Source: Felis catus (Eukaryota). Taken from it: a DNA stretch of 64,000 bases. The stretch lies in assembly GCF_018350175.1 (NCBI RefSeq), contig NC_058368.1:193566001-193630000 (forward strand), given 5' to 3'. The translations under genes and the position numbers were made by a program. The notes under the pieces were generated by a model that was given only the letters and a program-made list of their open reading frames with translations, was not told the DNA's origin and did not search any database. This document shows, one piece after another, positions 39,835 through 53,190 of the stretch (the stretch's first letter is position 1; each line of letters opens with the position of its first letter).

Positions 39835-40009
39835 AAATTAATTTTTAATTCAAATCTAATTAACCTACAGTGTTATATTAGTTTTGGGGGTACAATATAG
39901 TGATTCAACAATTCTGTACATTACTCAGGGCTCATCATGATAGGTGTACCACCTGTTTCACCTATCCCCCCACTCACCTCCCCTCTGGCAACCACCAGTT
40001 TGTTCTCTA
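39835..40009 (-). mobile_element. Carnivore L1 3' tail
   Basis: CAATATAGTGATTCAACAATT...CCCTCTGGCAACCACCAGTTTGTTCTCTAT. Confidence 0.9.
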
Positions 40010-40058
40010 TTAAATTCATGCTTAGTAGCAGCAAATGTCATTTATAAAAAGCCCCAGT

Positions 40059-40280
40059 TGGTGCCTGGGTGGCTCAGTTGGTTAAGCGTCTGACTTTGGC
40101 TCAGGTCATGATCTCGCAGTTTGTGGGTTTGAGCCCTGCATCGGGCTCTGCACTGATAGCTCGGAGCCTGGAACCTGCTTCGGATTCTGTGTCTCCCTCT
40201 CTTTCTGCTCCTCCCCCGCTTGTGCTCTGTCTCTCTCTGTCTCTCAAAAATGAATAAATGTAAAAAAAATTAATAAAAAA
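40059..40280 (+). mobile_element. CanSINE
   Basis: typical body; CCCCAGTT on both flanks. Confidence 0.93.
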
Positions 40281-42738
40281 CCCCAGTTTAAATTACTTTA
40301 TCTGCTTAGTCATACTTAACTAACCCTTAATTGAAGGATATACCTTATAAAAAAGAATTTATATTCTAGGCAATCCAAGGCCTCGAGCCAAGAAGGGCTC
40401 ATCAAGAGCTTGCTTGTTGACCATGAGAGGCAGCTCACCATGATGCTGTCTGACCTTGAGTGAACTTTACTTTTTGAGTCCTCAGTTGCTACATTTGTAG
40501 AATTAGAATAAATGTAAAGTTCACTGTAGCTCTAAAAGTCTATGATCTTAGGAAGATGCTTATGTTGCCTACCTACACCACGATGGCAGTAAGATAACGG
40601 GAGATTCCTGCCACTCAAGGCAAAGCCTGATATAATAACAATGAAACAAGATATTAGCCTTGGGTGGTCAGTGCTCAGGTTTTAGATTTGGTTCTTCCAT
40701 TTGTCTATAAGATCTTCAGCACGTCACCTTACCTGTCTGGGCTTTATTATTCTCATTTGTCAAATTACTTACCTACATGAAAGGTTTGGGGGCAGATAAA
40801 CAGCCACACTGCCAATGTCTTCTGTCTGGAGTTAGTTTTGTGGAGTCACCTAAGATTTCTGATGAAGAGACTAAAAGAGGCAAAGTGATGATCCGGTGTT
40901 AAACAGCAAGTTCACGGAGACCTGGAGCAGATAGCTTAGGTTTTTGTTGGCTCAGTGTATTTGTTCGGTGTGCACTTTGATCATAACAGCTAACATTTGA
41001 GGACTTTGGCACTCTTCTAGGAACTTCACGTGAGTTAGTGTGTAATTCTCAGTATAACCCACTGAGGTAAGTCATATGATTATTCTTATTTCACAGAGAC
41101 CAAGTCGCTTTCTCAAATTTACAGAACTAATAAGTGATGGAGCCAGGCATTAAACACAGAGGGTTTACTGTCTTGACTACTAACTGTACTGATCTCTACC
41201 ACCATGCTAGGGGGTAGAGATGCATATTAAAACATAATTTGGCATATTCCACAAGCTGTTATCTTATGTCAGCCTCAGTTACAACACAACAAAATGAGTG
41301 CTATAATGAAGAGGTGCCGGAGGGCTGTGGGATTATAGGCAGCACCCAGGGAAGGGACGAAGGGACTGGAAGACTGTGTCACACAACCTTCTGAGAAGAT
41401 CTGTCTAGGTGGTAGCTTAGAAATGGGGGTAGGAGTGTGAATGGAAGAAAAGGATGTTCCAGGCTGAAGGAACGGCATGTGTGAAGATCTGGGGAAGAGA
41501 AGGAGCATGGCTCGTTGGCGAAGCTACAAAACAGTCAGGATGAGGAGAGACGAGAGGCTGTGAAGAGCAGAGGCCCTAAGGAGAGTGGTCCTGTGGGCCG
41601 TGGTTCAGGGCTCATGCATCATGCTGAACGGGGTAGGAAAGTATGGGGGAGGTTTGGCTTTGGGTAGAGCAGTGACACTACAAGACTTACCCTTGAATTC
41701 ACACTGAGCTGAATGGTGGAGAGCACGCAGAGGGGCTGGGAGAAGTGGGTAAGGAGTGTTGCAGAGAAAGGTGCCCTTCTCCAAATCCACCAAAAAGGGA
41801 CTTTGAAAACACAAGTACCAGGCATGACCTTATTATTTCCTAACTTCTGCCTGAAAATCTGCCCCTGCGGTCCCACTAGGGCCCCAGTGATGACAAAATC
41901 CACATCCAGGTAGTTTTTAACCTGTGTTTTCTGAGGCATACGTAGAGCTCTGCTCTTTCTTACTCCCTCTCTGGCCACTGATGAAAGAGCAGCCAGAGCC
42001 TACAGAATGATTCGCTGTGATGCTTTTGGCAAGCTGGAGGTGTCTTCACCCCATACCAGGTCCTCCACGTTGTAGGCAAAAAAAGAATACTTAAGGATGA
42101 GCCGCTTTAGAAGCTGAAGGATAGGAGACCAGACCCTGTTTGGAGGCATTTAAACTTATTTCACAGTTAATACAGCATCTGGGGCACATTTTCCTACTTT
42201 TATGCCAATTTTTATGTGTTTCTGCCACACAGTCGGAAGCCGGGATCATAAAAAAGAAGGAAAACGGTACAAAAAATAAAAGTAAATAAGCGCATTCTGC
42301 TTTAACACTCCCCGGAGCACCGAGTCCGGCAAGTTTATGAGTTGGAGAAAAACAAAACAAAACAAAAACCTATAACACTGTGTATAAAGGAAAGGAAATA
42401 GTCTTCCTTCGTATTCGAGTACATCAAGCAAAGACAGGACAGGAAACTCGGAGCAGACAGTAGGCAGAGCTGTGTTAAGTCTAGAATGTACCCCCAGTTA
42501 TCCAAGGGGCTGGGACTCAGCTGAACCTCTTCTATGGGTCTATTTCTTATAAAATACAGGTTTGTACTAAAATCATTTCTAAGAGTTTCTACTTCTATAA
42601 TTATGTTTATGATCCTTCACACTGTGCTGGGCACAGGGGATCCAGGCCTAGATAGAGACCTGATGCCCGACCTCAGTGAATCAAAATATGTTGTAAAAAC
42701 AAGACTTGTTTTGCCTTACCTCCTTGAAAGCAGGGATT

Positions 42739-42740
<2 letters not shown>

Positions 42741-42791
<51 letters not shown>

Positions 42792-42997
42792 TTATTTACA
42801 TTTATTTATTTTTGAGTCAGGGAGAGACAGAGCATGAACAGGGGAGGGTCAGAGAGAGGGAAACACAGGATATGAAGCAGGCTCCAGGCCCTGAGCTGTC
42901 AGCACAGAGCCCAACACGGGGCTAGAACTCATGGACCGCAAGATCATGACCTGAGCCAAAGTCAGCTGCCTAACCGACTGAGCCACCCAGGTGCCCC
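42741..42997 (-). mobile_element. CanSINE whose tail contains (TATC)12
   Basis: TSD AAGCAGGGATTTCT at 42728-42741 and 42998-43011. Confidence 0.93.
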
Positions 42998-43592
42998 AAG
43001 CAGGGATTTCTTAAACTACATTGCTATGGAACGGACTGAAACCCTTCTTAAAAACTGAAAAATGTCATTTGACTTCCAATTTATAGAAAGAAAGCAAACT
43101 AATGGACAGCATTTTCCGTGTTGAGGACTCTAAAACAGATCTACACCTCAGTTTATACTATATGACATAATTTAAAATGTTATTTAGCATCAGGTGATAT
43201 ATGGCTATTTTGATTTAATATAACATGTTTTACGACCTTCCATAAATAGTTTAGACTTTAAGTAGGCAAAAGCTCAGGGGTTAAACCAGGAACTTCTATG
43301 TTATGCTTGAATTTGGGTTTAGGCTCTGACATTCTAGCCGAGACTTTGAGAAAAGCCGTTTCCGAACCCATTTCTTCAACTACAAAATGGGAGTAATAAT
43401 AGTACCTACCTCACATATGTATTGCGGGGATCCAGTCAAGTAAAGGCATGAAGCATTTGGCACAGTGTTTGGTAAAGTATGTGCAACGTTAAGTGTTAGT
43501 GGGATGCGTCGCATGGATCGTAACTCAGTGTGTTTGAACTGGGCTTTGAAAGAGTAGTAAGACTCAAAATAAGGAAACAATCCCATTTGGCA

Positions 43593-44098
43593 GTTACAGT
43601 TGATTGCAAAAATAGCCCTGATGCTCCATAACTTCTGGTATTCACACCCTTTGTAATATAGCTTTTTTAGCTCCTCCCACGAAGAGATGGAATCTGTTTC
43701 CTCACCTCTTGAATATATAGGTAGTTTTATAACTCTCTTTAACCAATAGTGTATGGCAGAAATAGTGTTATGCCAGTGTCTTGCACATTGTTACTCATTC
43801 CTTTGGCATTCAGCCTCCATTATAAGAACAAGTCCAGCTGGCCAGCCATAGGATAGAAGTCATGTGCAACAAAGCACACTCAGCTAAACTGTCCAAGCTG
43901 AGGTCCCAGATACCTGAGGGGGTCCAACTAGAACCCCCTAACTGGTTTTAACTGATCTCTGATGTGTCAGTGAGCCCTGCCAGTCCAGCTAAGATCAGCA
44001 GAGACACCCAGGAAACCAGATGTCTGAGAAATAATGATTGTTGTTTTAATCCACTAGGTATTGGGTTGGTTTGTTACACAGCAATAGCTAACAGATAG
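43593..44098. mobile_element. MaLR LTR (MLT1G/H-like)
   Basis: GAGATGGAATCTGTTTCC, TTGTTACACAGCAATAGCTAAC end. Confidence 0.8.
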
Positions 44099-44282
44099 TG
44101 TGCTGGTGGTGGTAGTAGAGAAAAATGAATGGGAAAATGGTTTCAACCGCAGGAGGAGATTAAGCTGAGTAAAATGGATGCTGTACATCTGTTAGCTGGA
44201 GAATATTAGGTTTTGTGGCAGAAGAAAAGACAAGTTATGGAGTATATTAAAATGTACACAAAAAAATCAAGAGTCATTTATT

Positions 44283-44503
44283 TTTTATTTTTTTAAAACT
44301 TTTTTAACGTTTTTATTTATTTTTGAGAGAGCATGCATGAGTGGGAGAGGAGCAGAGAGAGAGGGGGACACAGAATCTGAAGCAGGCTCCAGGCTCTGAG
44401 CTGTCAGCACAGAGACGGACGCGTGGCTCACACCCACGAACTGCATGAGATCATGACCTGGGCCGAAGTCAGCCGCTTAACCCACTGACCCACCAGGTGC
44501 CCC
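44283..44503 (-). mobile_element. CanSINE
   Basis: TSD AAGAG(T/C)CATTTATT. Confidence 0.92.
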
Positions 44504-45810
44504 AAGAGCCATTTATTATAATTTGGGCGAAAGCGAGATTTTCTGAGTGAAAACACCACAAACTGGAGTGTAAGAAAAGGGACAAATGATCTTTAGAGCA
44601 AATGGCATTAAAGATTAATATGCTTAATATTCTGAATTTTAAGCTATCAAGAAAGATGAACCTCCCTCCAAACCTGTTAAAGCCAATAGAAAGTATTCCC
44701 CTTTTCTTAGGTCTGTTGTGAATGTTGTTAGCAGCCTCCTTCCATCAGCCTAGCTGATTTTATTCACATTTTTTTATCTTAGTATCTTTTCAGGGAAGCC
44801 TTTCCTGAACCTCCAGATTATATTATAATAGGTTCTCCTGATAAATGCTGCCAAAGCCACCTGCTCTTCTCATTTCACTTCTCATTATTTGTGCAATGTC
44901 TGTTATCTCCACTGGATTGTAAATTCCATAAGGCACGAACTGAAACTATTTTGTGCACCAATATAATCCTGGCATCTGGCAAAATACCTGACACGGGATA
45001 GACATTCAATAACTGTTGGAAAATAAATGAGCCCTTGAGTGAGGGCCGTAAGACAAAATCGCTTACCAAAAAACAAATAAAAATAAAAACAAAAGTATGA
45101 TTACAAACAGCCAGTACCCAAGAATGAAAAGTGCAGTCCAGCCACACATGTAATCAAGAAATGCCAATGAAAACAAGATATTTAATGTAGCTGAAAAATA
45201 AGGGCTGCAAATAATAAGGCTCCATGTTGGAGAGTTTGTGATAAGCATGTAGAAATAAATTTATTATCAGCTGATGCGATTGTTACAGAAAGCAATCGAA
45301 CGAAGTATTGATTCAAATCCTCACCTCCTTTAACCTAGCAATTGCGCTTCTAGAGAACAATCAGGTGTGGCCTGTTTTAGGCCCGGAGACGACTATTGAT
45401 CCTAATTTTAATAGAAACAACATGTATGATAGTAAAATTATTGTATTTAGAGACCGTATGCTTTAGAAGTTTAGCATGTGAGGTCTGTAATGAAATAGAG
45501 AATTCTAATCCTGGGTCCCCCAGTTAGCAACTCCATGCTCACAGCCTCATTCAACTCACTGGCCCTTGTGGGTTCATATGCAATGGTGACAGTGAATTAA
45601 TCCATTAATGGCTGGGGTTTAGGAACTAGTCATTTACTTCATTCTCAACTTACACCCTGAGGAAGCTATAGCTTGCGTTATTTCGGATTCTGAGTTTGCT
45701 TTTCTCTTCTTTATAGCCCTAAGCAGCTGATCAGGTTGGGTCTGTTTTGTGTATTAATGTGTTTAAATGTATCTTAGAATTACCAGAGGCAACAATGAGT
45801 AGGCAATCAC

Positions 45811-45905
45811 CCTCCTTCCCTCTCCCTCCCTTTCCCTTCCTCCTCCTCTCTTTGCCTCCCTCCCTCCCTCTCTCCCTCTCCCTTTTCTGTCTCCCTTTCC
45901 TCTTT
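45811..45905. repeat. CT-rich polypyrimidine tract
   Basis: direct read. Confidence 0.9.
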
Positions 45906-46480
45906 CGCTGCCATGGTTTCCTCTATTCTGAGGTACTTTTGTACTCACAAATAAGAATCTTTACTTGAACACAAAGTTTTCCTCCCTGCAAAAACTGTAA
46001 AGCAAAAACCAAACCAAAGCAAACAAAAAATGAGCTAATGGCTGGGACTAATAATCATAACTAAGTTTACTGGGCTGTGTTGCCTGTCTAAGTTCTTGAC
46101 AAAAGATAAGACTAAACCACTAAAAATAGGCCACAAGTGAGATATTCTTAGATGTTAGTGTTATAGAGCTAACATAGCACTTCCATGTTTAAAACAAAAA
46201 TTTCTGAAGCATGCTTTTGTTACGGAAATGAACTTGACTTTAGAAATTAAGCTATCTAGCAATCTCACTACAATTTTTTACAAACTTTTGTTCACACGAT
46301 ATATTTTCTTCAAGAACAGATTGCAGGAAGTATGGAATTCATGGTCAATAATCCTAAATGGTGATTTTGGACTTTAAAAATAATTTGTTTTATACTTATC
46401 AGGCAATTTAAGCTCCATGTAAACCAAAATACCATTGTATGCCCCTTGGAAAATAATTGCACTGTTTGAATCTTTTCAAA

Positions 46481-47345
46481 CTAAACTTTTTATTTGGGAA
46501 TAGTTCAATTTACAGAAAATTGCAGAGTAGGACAGAAAATTCCCATATATCCTTCACTCACTGTCTCCCATTGCTAACATCTTACATTACTATAGTACAT
46601 TTATCCAAAGTGTGAAGCTGACGTTAGCTATTAACTACACTCCAGATCGTATGCGGATTTCACCATTTCTGTGGTGTTCCTTTCTGGTCTAGGATCCAAT
46701 CCAGGGTAGGAACCACTCGCTTTCAGTTGCTGCCTCCTCTGTCCCCTTTGGTCTATGACACTTCTAACTCTTTTCTCGATTTTCATGACTTTGACCATGT
46801 TAAGGAGTATGGGCATCCTGTGAAATATTTCTCAATCCAGGTTTGTGTTTGTTCTTCTCGTGATGAGACTAGGATTCTGGGTTTATGGAAGAATTACCAC
46901 AGAAGTGAAGTTTTCTGTTTTCAAGTATCATAGGATCCATGATATGGACATAATGTAACGGAAGATGGTAATCTTCATCACTTGGTTGAGGTGGTTTTTG
47001 TTGGATTTCTCCACTGCAAAGTTACCAGCTTTGCCTTTCCCTACTCTGTTCTTTGGAAGTGAGTCACCAAGTACAGTCCATATTCTAACGGAGTAGGCAC
47101 TATTCTTATCTCCAGTAGGAGGCAGTATCTAAATATATTATTTGTAATTCTTTGGTGAGAAAATGTACCACTTCTCCCTTATTATTTATTCAATAACTTA
47201 TTTGAACCAGTATGGACCTACAAATATTTATTTTATACTTTTATATAGTATAATATTATAACATTCAAATGGATTTTTGTTGCTTATGTTATTGAAGATT
47301 TGGTTATTAAGAGCTCTTTTGGATTGGCTCCTTTGTCCTTTTTGG
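46481..47345 (-). mobile_element. L1MC-type 3' end
   Basis: TTTACAGAAAATTGCA...AACATCTTACATTACTATAGTACA...CAGGTTTGT. Confidence 0.75.
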
Positions 47346-48853
47346 GTATTTTCTTCCCCGTTTTGGTAAAATACAGAAACATAACTATCTTAATTATTTT
47401 TAAGGGTACACTTTAATGGTCTTAAATATTACCACCTTCCATCTCCATAACTCTTTTCATCTTGTAAAACTGAAACTCTCTTCCTCTGAAACAATAACTT
47501 TCCATTCCCACCTTCTTCCCTGCCACTGGCAACCACCATTCTACTCTGTTTCTTTATTTTAACTACTCTGAATTCTGTATCTAAGTGGAATCATGCAGTA
47601 TGTATCTTTGTAACTGGTTTATTTCACTTAGCATAATGTTCATAGATGTTGTAGCATATGTCAGAATGTTCTTCCTTTCTAAGACTGAATAATATTTCAT
47701 TGTATGTATAGAACACATTTTGCTTATCCATTCACCCATTGGTGGCCACTTGGATTGTTTCCATGTTTTAGCTATTGTGAATAATAATGCTATGAATATG
47801 GGTGTATAAATACCTCTTTGGAATGCTGCTTTCAATTCTTTTGGGTCTATCTCCAGAAGTGGCGTTGTTGGAACATATGGTAACTCTATTTTTAACCCCT
47901 TGAGGAGGCTTCATACTATTTTCCACAGTGGCTGCACCATTTTACATTTCCACCAGTGTGCAAAGGTTTCAATTTCTCTACATCCTTGCCAACATGTGTT
48001 TTCTATTTTTTTGATAATAGCTATCCTGAAGGGTGAGAGGTAGTATCTCATTGTGGTTTTGATTTGCATTTTTCCCAATAATCAGTGGTGTTGGGCATAT
48101 TTTCATGTGTATATTATCCATATATATGTCTTCTTTGGAGAAATGTCTATTCGAGTTTGTTGCCCTTAGTTTAAAAAATCAGGTTGTTTGTTATTTTGTT
48201 GTTGAGTTTTAGGAGTTCTCTGTAAATTTGGGGTATTAATCTCTTACCAAAAATATGATGTGCAAATATTGTGTTCCATTCTGTGTGTTGCCTTATTATT
48301 CTGTTGGCAGTGTCTTTTGATGCACAATTTTTAAAAGTTATCATAAAGTCCAATTTGTCTATTTTTTGTTTTGTGGCCTGTGCTTTTCGTGTCATATCTA
48401 AGATATCAGAATCAAGCCCAATGTTACAAAGTTTTTGCCCTATGTTTTATTACAAGACTTTTATAGGTTTAGGTCTTACATTTAGGTCTTTGATCCATTT
48501 TGAGTGAATTTTTGTATATGGTATTCAGTAAGGGTCCAATTTCCTTTCTTTGCATGTGGATATCCAGTTTTTCAAACACCATTTCTTTGAAGAGACTATG
48601 CTTTCCCCATTGAATTGTCTTGGTCAATGTCAAAACTCATTTGACTATATATGTAAGGGTTTATTTCTGAATACACTATCCTATTCTATAAGTCTCTATA
48701 TCTGTCTTTATGCCAGTAGAACCCTGTCTTGATTACTGTAGCTTGTACTAAATTTTAAAATCAAGAAGTATGAAGTCTCCAGCTTTGTTTCATTTTTTTC
48801 CCCAAGATTGGATTGTTTTGGCTATTCTAGGTCCCTTAATACTCTATATGAAT

Positions 48854-49046
48854 TTTTTTAAATAATTTAAAAAATTTTTAAATTTATTTTTAAGAGAGAG
48901 AGAGAGAAGGAGGCACAGAATCTGAAGCGGGCTCCAGGCTCCAAGCTGTCAGCACAGAGCGCAACACGGGGCTCAAACTCACAAACTGTGAGATCATGAC
49001 TGAGATGAAGTTAGATGCTTAACTGACTGAACCACCCAAGTGCCCC
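48854..49046 (-). mobile_element. CanSINE in L1
   Basis: TCTATATGAATTTTT duplicated on flanks. Confidence 0.9.
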
Positions 49047-50142
49047 ATCCATATTCTATATGAATTTTTCATGAGTGTCCTATTTCTGCAAAAAATGTCA
49101 CTGGTATTTTGATAGTGATTGCCTTGAATTTGTAGATAGTTTTGGGTAGTACTGACAGCTTAACAAACCATAAACACGGGATATGTTTCCATTTATTTAC
49201 GTGTTATTTAATTTCTTTCAGCAATGTTTTAGAATTTTCATCATGCAAATTTTCCATTCCCTTGGTTAAGTTTTTTATGTGTGTGTGTGTGTGTGTGTGT
49301 GTGTATGCACTATTGTAAATAAAATCATTACTTCATTTCTTTTTCAGATTGTTCATTGTTAGGGTACAGAAATGCACCTGATTTTTGTATTGACTTTGTA
49401 TCCTGTTACTTTAATAAATTCACTCATTAGTTCCAATAATTTGTGCGTGTGTGTGTGTGTGTGAGTGATACTTAGGATTTTCTACATATAATCATACAAT
49501 CTACAACCCATGATAATTTTACTTTTTCTTTTCCCATTTATATGCTTTCCCCCCCTTTTTCTTGCTTAACTGCTCTGGCCAGGACTTCTACTACTATGTG
49601 CAATAGAAGTGGAAAAAGTGAATATCTTTGCCTTGTTTCCTGATCTTACAGAAAAAGCTTTCAGCCTTTTCACTGTTGAGTATTATGTTTGCTTTTTTTT
49701 TTTCATATATGGCTTTTATTATATGGAGGTAGTTTCCATGTATTCCTAGTTGAGTGTTTTTATCATGAAGGGTGCTGCTTTTTTTTAAAAGGGTGTTGCA
49801 TTTTGTCAAATGCTTTTTCTGCATCAGTTGAGATAATCATATGTTTCTTTTTCTTTCATTCTGTTAATGTGGTGTATTACATTGACCGATTTACATATGT
49901 TGAAGCATCCTTCTATTCCAGGAATAAATCCCATTTGGTTATGGTGTGTAATTCTTTTAATATGCTGCTGAATTGAGTTTGCTACTGTTTTGTTGAGGTT
50001 TTTTTGCATCAATATTCATAAGGGATATTGGTCTGTAGCTTTTATTTTTCTTGAAATGTCCTTGTCTGGCCTTGGTAACAAGGTAATGCTGACCTCAAAG
50101 AATGAGAATATATTTCTTCCTCTTCAAATTTTTACAAAAAAA

Positions 50143-50322
50143 ATTTTTTTAATATGAAATTTATTGTCAAATTGGTTTCCATACAACACCCAGTGCTCAT
50201 CCCAACAGGTGCCCTCCTCAATACCCATCACCCACCCTCTCCTCCCTCCCACCCCCTATCAACCTTCAGTTTGTTCTCAGTTTTTAAGAGTCTCTTATGT
50301 TTTGGCTCCCTCCCTCTCTAAT
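50143..50322 (-). mobile_element. Felid-type L1 3' tail
   Basis: TTTATTGTCAAATTGGTTTCCATACAACACCCAGTGCTC; same family as 22921-23183. Confidence 0.92.
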
Positions 50323-50332
50323 GTCTCAAAAA

Positions 50333-50707
50333 TTTTTTTTTTAATTCAGGCATAATTGACATATTATATTAGTTTTAGATATACAACATAATGATCTGAT
50401 ATTTGTATACACTGTGAAATGATCACCAAAATAAGCCTAGTTACCATATGTCACCATATAGCATTACAAAATTGTTCTTTCTTGTGATGAGAACTTTTAA
50501 GATTTACTCTTTTAGCAACTTTCAAATACGCAACAAAATATTATTGACTATAGTCACCATGATGTACATTACATCCCCATGACTTATGTCTTTATAACCA
50601 GAAATTTATACCTCTTGACTCCCTTCACACATTTTTCTCACCTCTTCAACCTCCCTCCCCCTCTGGCAACTACCAGTCTGTATATATAAGTTTTGTTTTG
50701 TTTGTTC

Positions 50708-50760
<53 letters not shown>

Positions 50761-51358
50761 AAATTCCACATATAAGTGAAATCATGCCAAATTTGTTTTT
50801 CTCGGACTTATTTTACTTAGCATAATGCCCGCAAGGCCCATGTTGTTGCAAATGGCAAGATTTTGTTCTTTCTTATGAGTAAGTAGTATGCCATTGTACA
50901 TTTTCTTTGTCCTTTTCTCCATTGATGGACATGTAGGTTATATTCATATCTTGGCTATGTAAATAATGCTGCAATGAACATGTGGGTGCATATATCTTTT
51001 CAGATTAGTGTTTTAATTTTCTTTGGGTAAATACCCAGAAGTGGAATTGCTGAATCATATGGTAGTTCTATTTTTAATGTTTTGAGGAACCTCCATAATG
51101 TTTCCATAGTGGTGCACCAATTTAAATCTCCATTAACAGTACATGAGGGTACCCTTTTCTCCATATCCTCATCAGCATTTTTTTATTTCTTGTCTTTTTG
51201 ATAATAGCCATTCTAGCAGGTGTTAGGTGATATTGTAGTTTTCATTTGCATTTCCTTCATGACTGGTGATGTAGCTCGTTGAACATTTTTTCACGTGCTT
51301 ATTGGCCATCTTCATGTGTTCTTTGGAAGAAATGTCTATTCAGATCCTCTGTGCATTT
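50333..51358 (-). mobile_element. Carnivore L1 3' kb nested in the older L1; contains (TG)n at 50710-50756
   Basis: second L1 3'UTR/ORF2 end; host L1 resumes at TTTGAGACGGTTGGTG. Confidence 0.88.
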
Positions 51359-51912
51359 AATTTGAGACGGTTGGTGTTAGTTCTTTTTTAAACATTTGGT
51401 GGCGTTCACCAGTGCAACCAGCAGGTACAGGGCTTTTCTTTGTCAGGAGATTTTTGAATATGGCTTTATTCTCCTTACTAGTTTTAAGTCTGTTCAGATT
51501 TTTTATTTCTTTGCTATTTAGTCTTGGTAGGTTTTTTTTGTTTGTTTGTTTCTAGAGTTTTCTTTTTAATTTCATCTAGTTTATTTAATTTGTTGGCATA
51601 CAATTGTCCATGATACTCTTTTGTAATCCTTTTTATTTCTGTAAGTAGTAATGCCCCCACTTTCATTTTTTTAAATTCAATTTTTAATTAAATTTATGTA
51701 ATTTTTTAACATGTAAGTGTAGGTTTTTAATTTGAGATCTTTCTTGTTTTTTAATGTCAGCATTTATAGCTATAAATTTCCCCCCAATACCGCTTTTGCT
51801 GTATCTCATAAATTTTGGTATGTTGTATGCTCATCTTCATTTATCTCCAAGTATTAATTTCCCTTGTGATTTCTTTTTTGACCCATTGATTGTTTAAGAA
51901 TATGTTATTTAA

Positions 51913-52090
51913 GGGGCGCCTAGGTGGCTCAGTTGGTTGAGCATCTGGCTCTTGATTTCGGCTCAGGTCATGATCTCTCAGCCCACGCTGGGCTCTGTGC
52001 TACCAATGCAGAGTCTGCTTGGGATTCTCTCTCTCTCCCTCTCTCTCTGCCCCTCCTCCCTCTCTCAAAATAAATAAACTTAATAAAAAG
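51913..52090 (+). mobile_element. CanSINE in L1
   Basis: GGGGCGCCTAGGTGGCTCAG head; ATGTTATTTAA flanks. Confidence 0.9.
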
Positions 52091-53009
52091 TTATTAAAAT
52101 GATAATGTTATTTAATTTCCACTAATTTGTGAATTTTCCCATTTCTTTTCTATTAATTCATAAATTCATCTCATTGTGGTCAAGGAAAATGCTTTGTATG
52201 ATATTTATCTTTTTAAATATCTTGAGACTTAATTTGACCTAACTTATGGTCTATCCTGGAGATTGTCCCCTTTGTACTTGAGAGGAATGTGTATTCTGTT
52301 TTCTGTATATATGTTAGATTTAGTTGGTTTATTATGTTGTTCAAGTCCTCTATTTCTTTATTTACCTTCTATCTGTTTGTTCCATCCATTAAGAGTGGGA
52401 TATTGAAGTCTCCAACTATGATTAAAGAACTATATATCTATCCCTTCAATTCTATTTTTGCTTCATATATTTTGATGGTTTGTTATTAGGTGTGCAAATA
52501 TTTATCATTGTTTCATTGTCTTGTTTAAAATCCTTCTTTGTCTCTTAAAAACTTTTTTGATTTAAAGTCTATTTTCTCTAATATTAGTATAGCCACCCCT
52601 ACTCTGTTTGGGTTATTATTTTCCTGGAATATCTTTTTCCATCCTTAGCTTTCAACTTTTTGTGTCTTTGGATTTAAAGTGAGTCTCTTATATACAGCAT
52701 ATGGTTGGATCATGCTTTTTTTTTTCTAACCCATTCTCTCAATCTCTTCTTTTTCTCTTATTTAACACTCATTTATTGTACAGTATCTTTTTTTTCTTTT
52801 GCCTCGGACTGGTATTTTCTTTCTCTTTCATGTGCAGACATCAACCACATCAACCTAAGTCATGTATTTTTATTCCTGAAAGACTTTTATTGATCATTCA
52901 CCATGGTTTGTTGAAAGAAACACTCTTCCTTCCTTTGTGTTACTTACAACACAGTACAGGATACACCAGCATCCTCTCAGTCAGCATAACAATAGCATTA
53001 TCCACAAAA

Positions 53010-53190
53010 GAAGCCTTTAATGAGTGCTTGCTATGTGGCAGACTGTTTTCCTAAACTTTCCATGTATTAACTCATGCCATCCTCATAACCAACTTGAGAG
53101 GGAGGACTCTCATCATCCTGATTTTAGGACAAGGAAATGAGGTACAGAAAGGTTAAGTGATGTTCCTGGGCCACAGAGCTGGAAGTGGTT
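53010..53190 (-). mobile_element. MIR within a foreign block inside L1
   Basis: TGAGTGCTTGCTATGTG...GGAAATGAGGTACAGAAAGGTTAAGTGA. Confidence 0.8.

Noticed and set aside
41881..41937. C/D-box snoRNA-like pattern GTGATGA...CTGA
   Set aside because: Only about 48 nt from C to D box, 3-bp terminal stem, no recognisable C'/D' boxes or guide; snoscan/Infernal would settle it
47581..50012. L1 ORF2-like ORFs as an active element
   Set aside because: Fragmented by stops, frameshifts and nested insertions; no ORF1 or promoter
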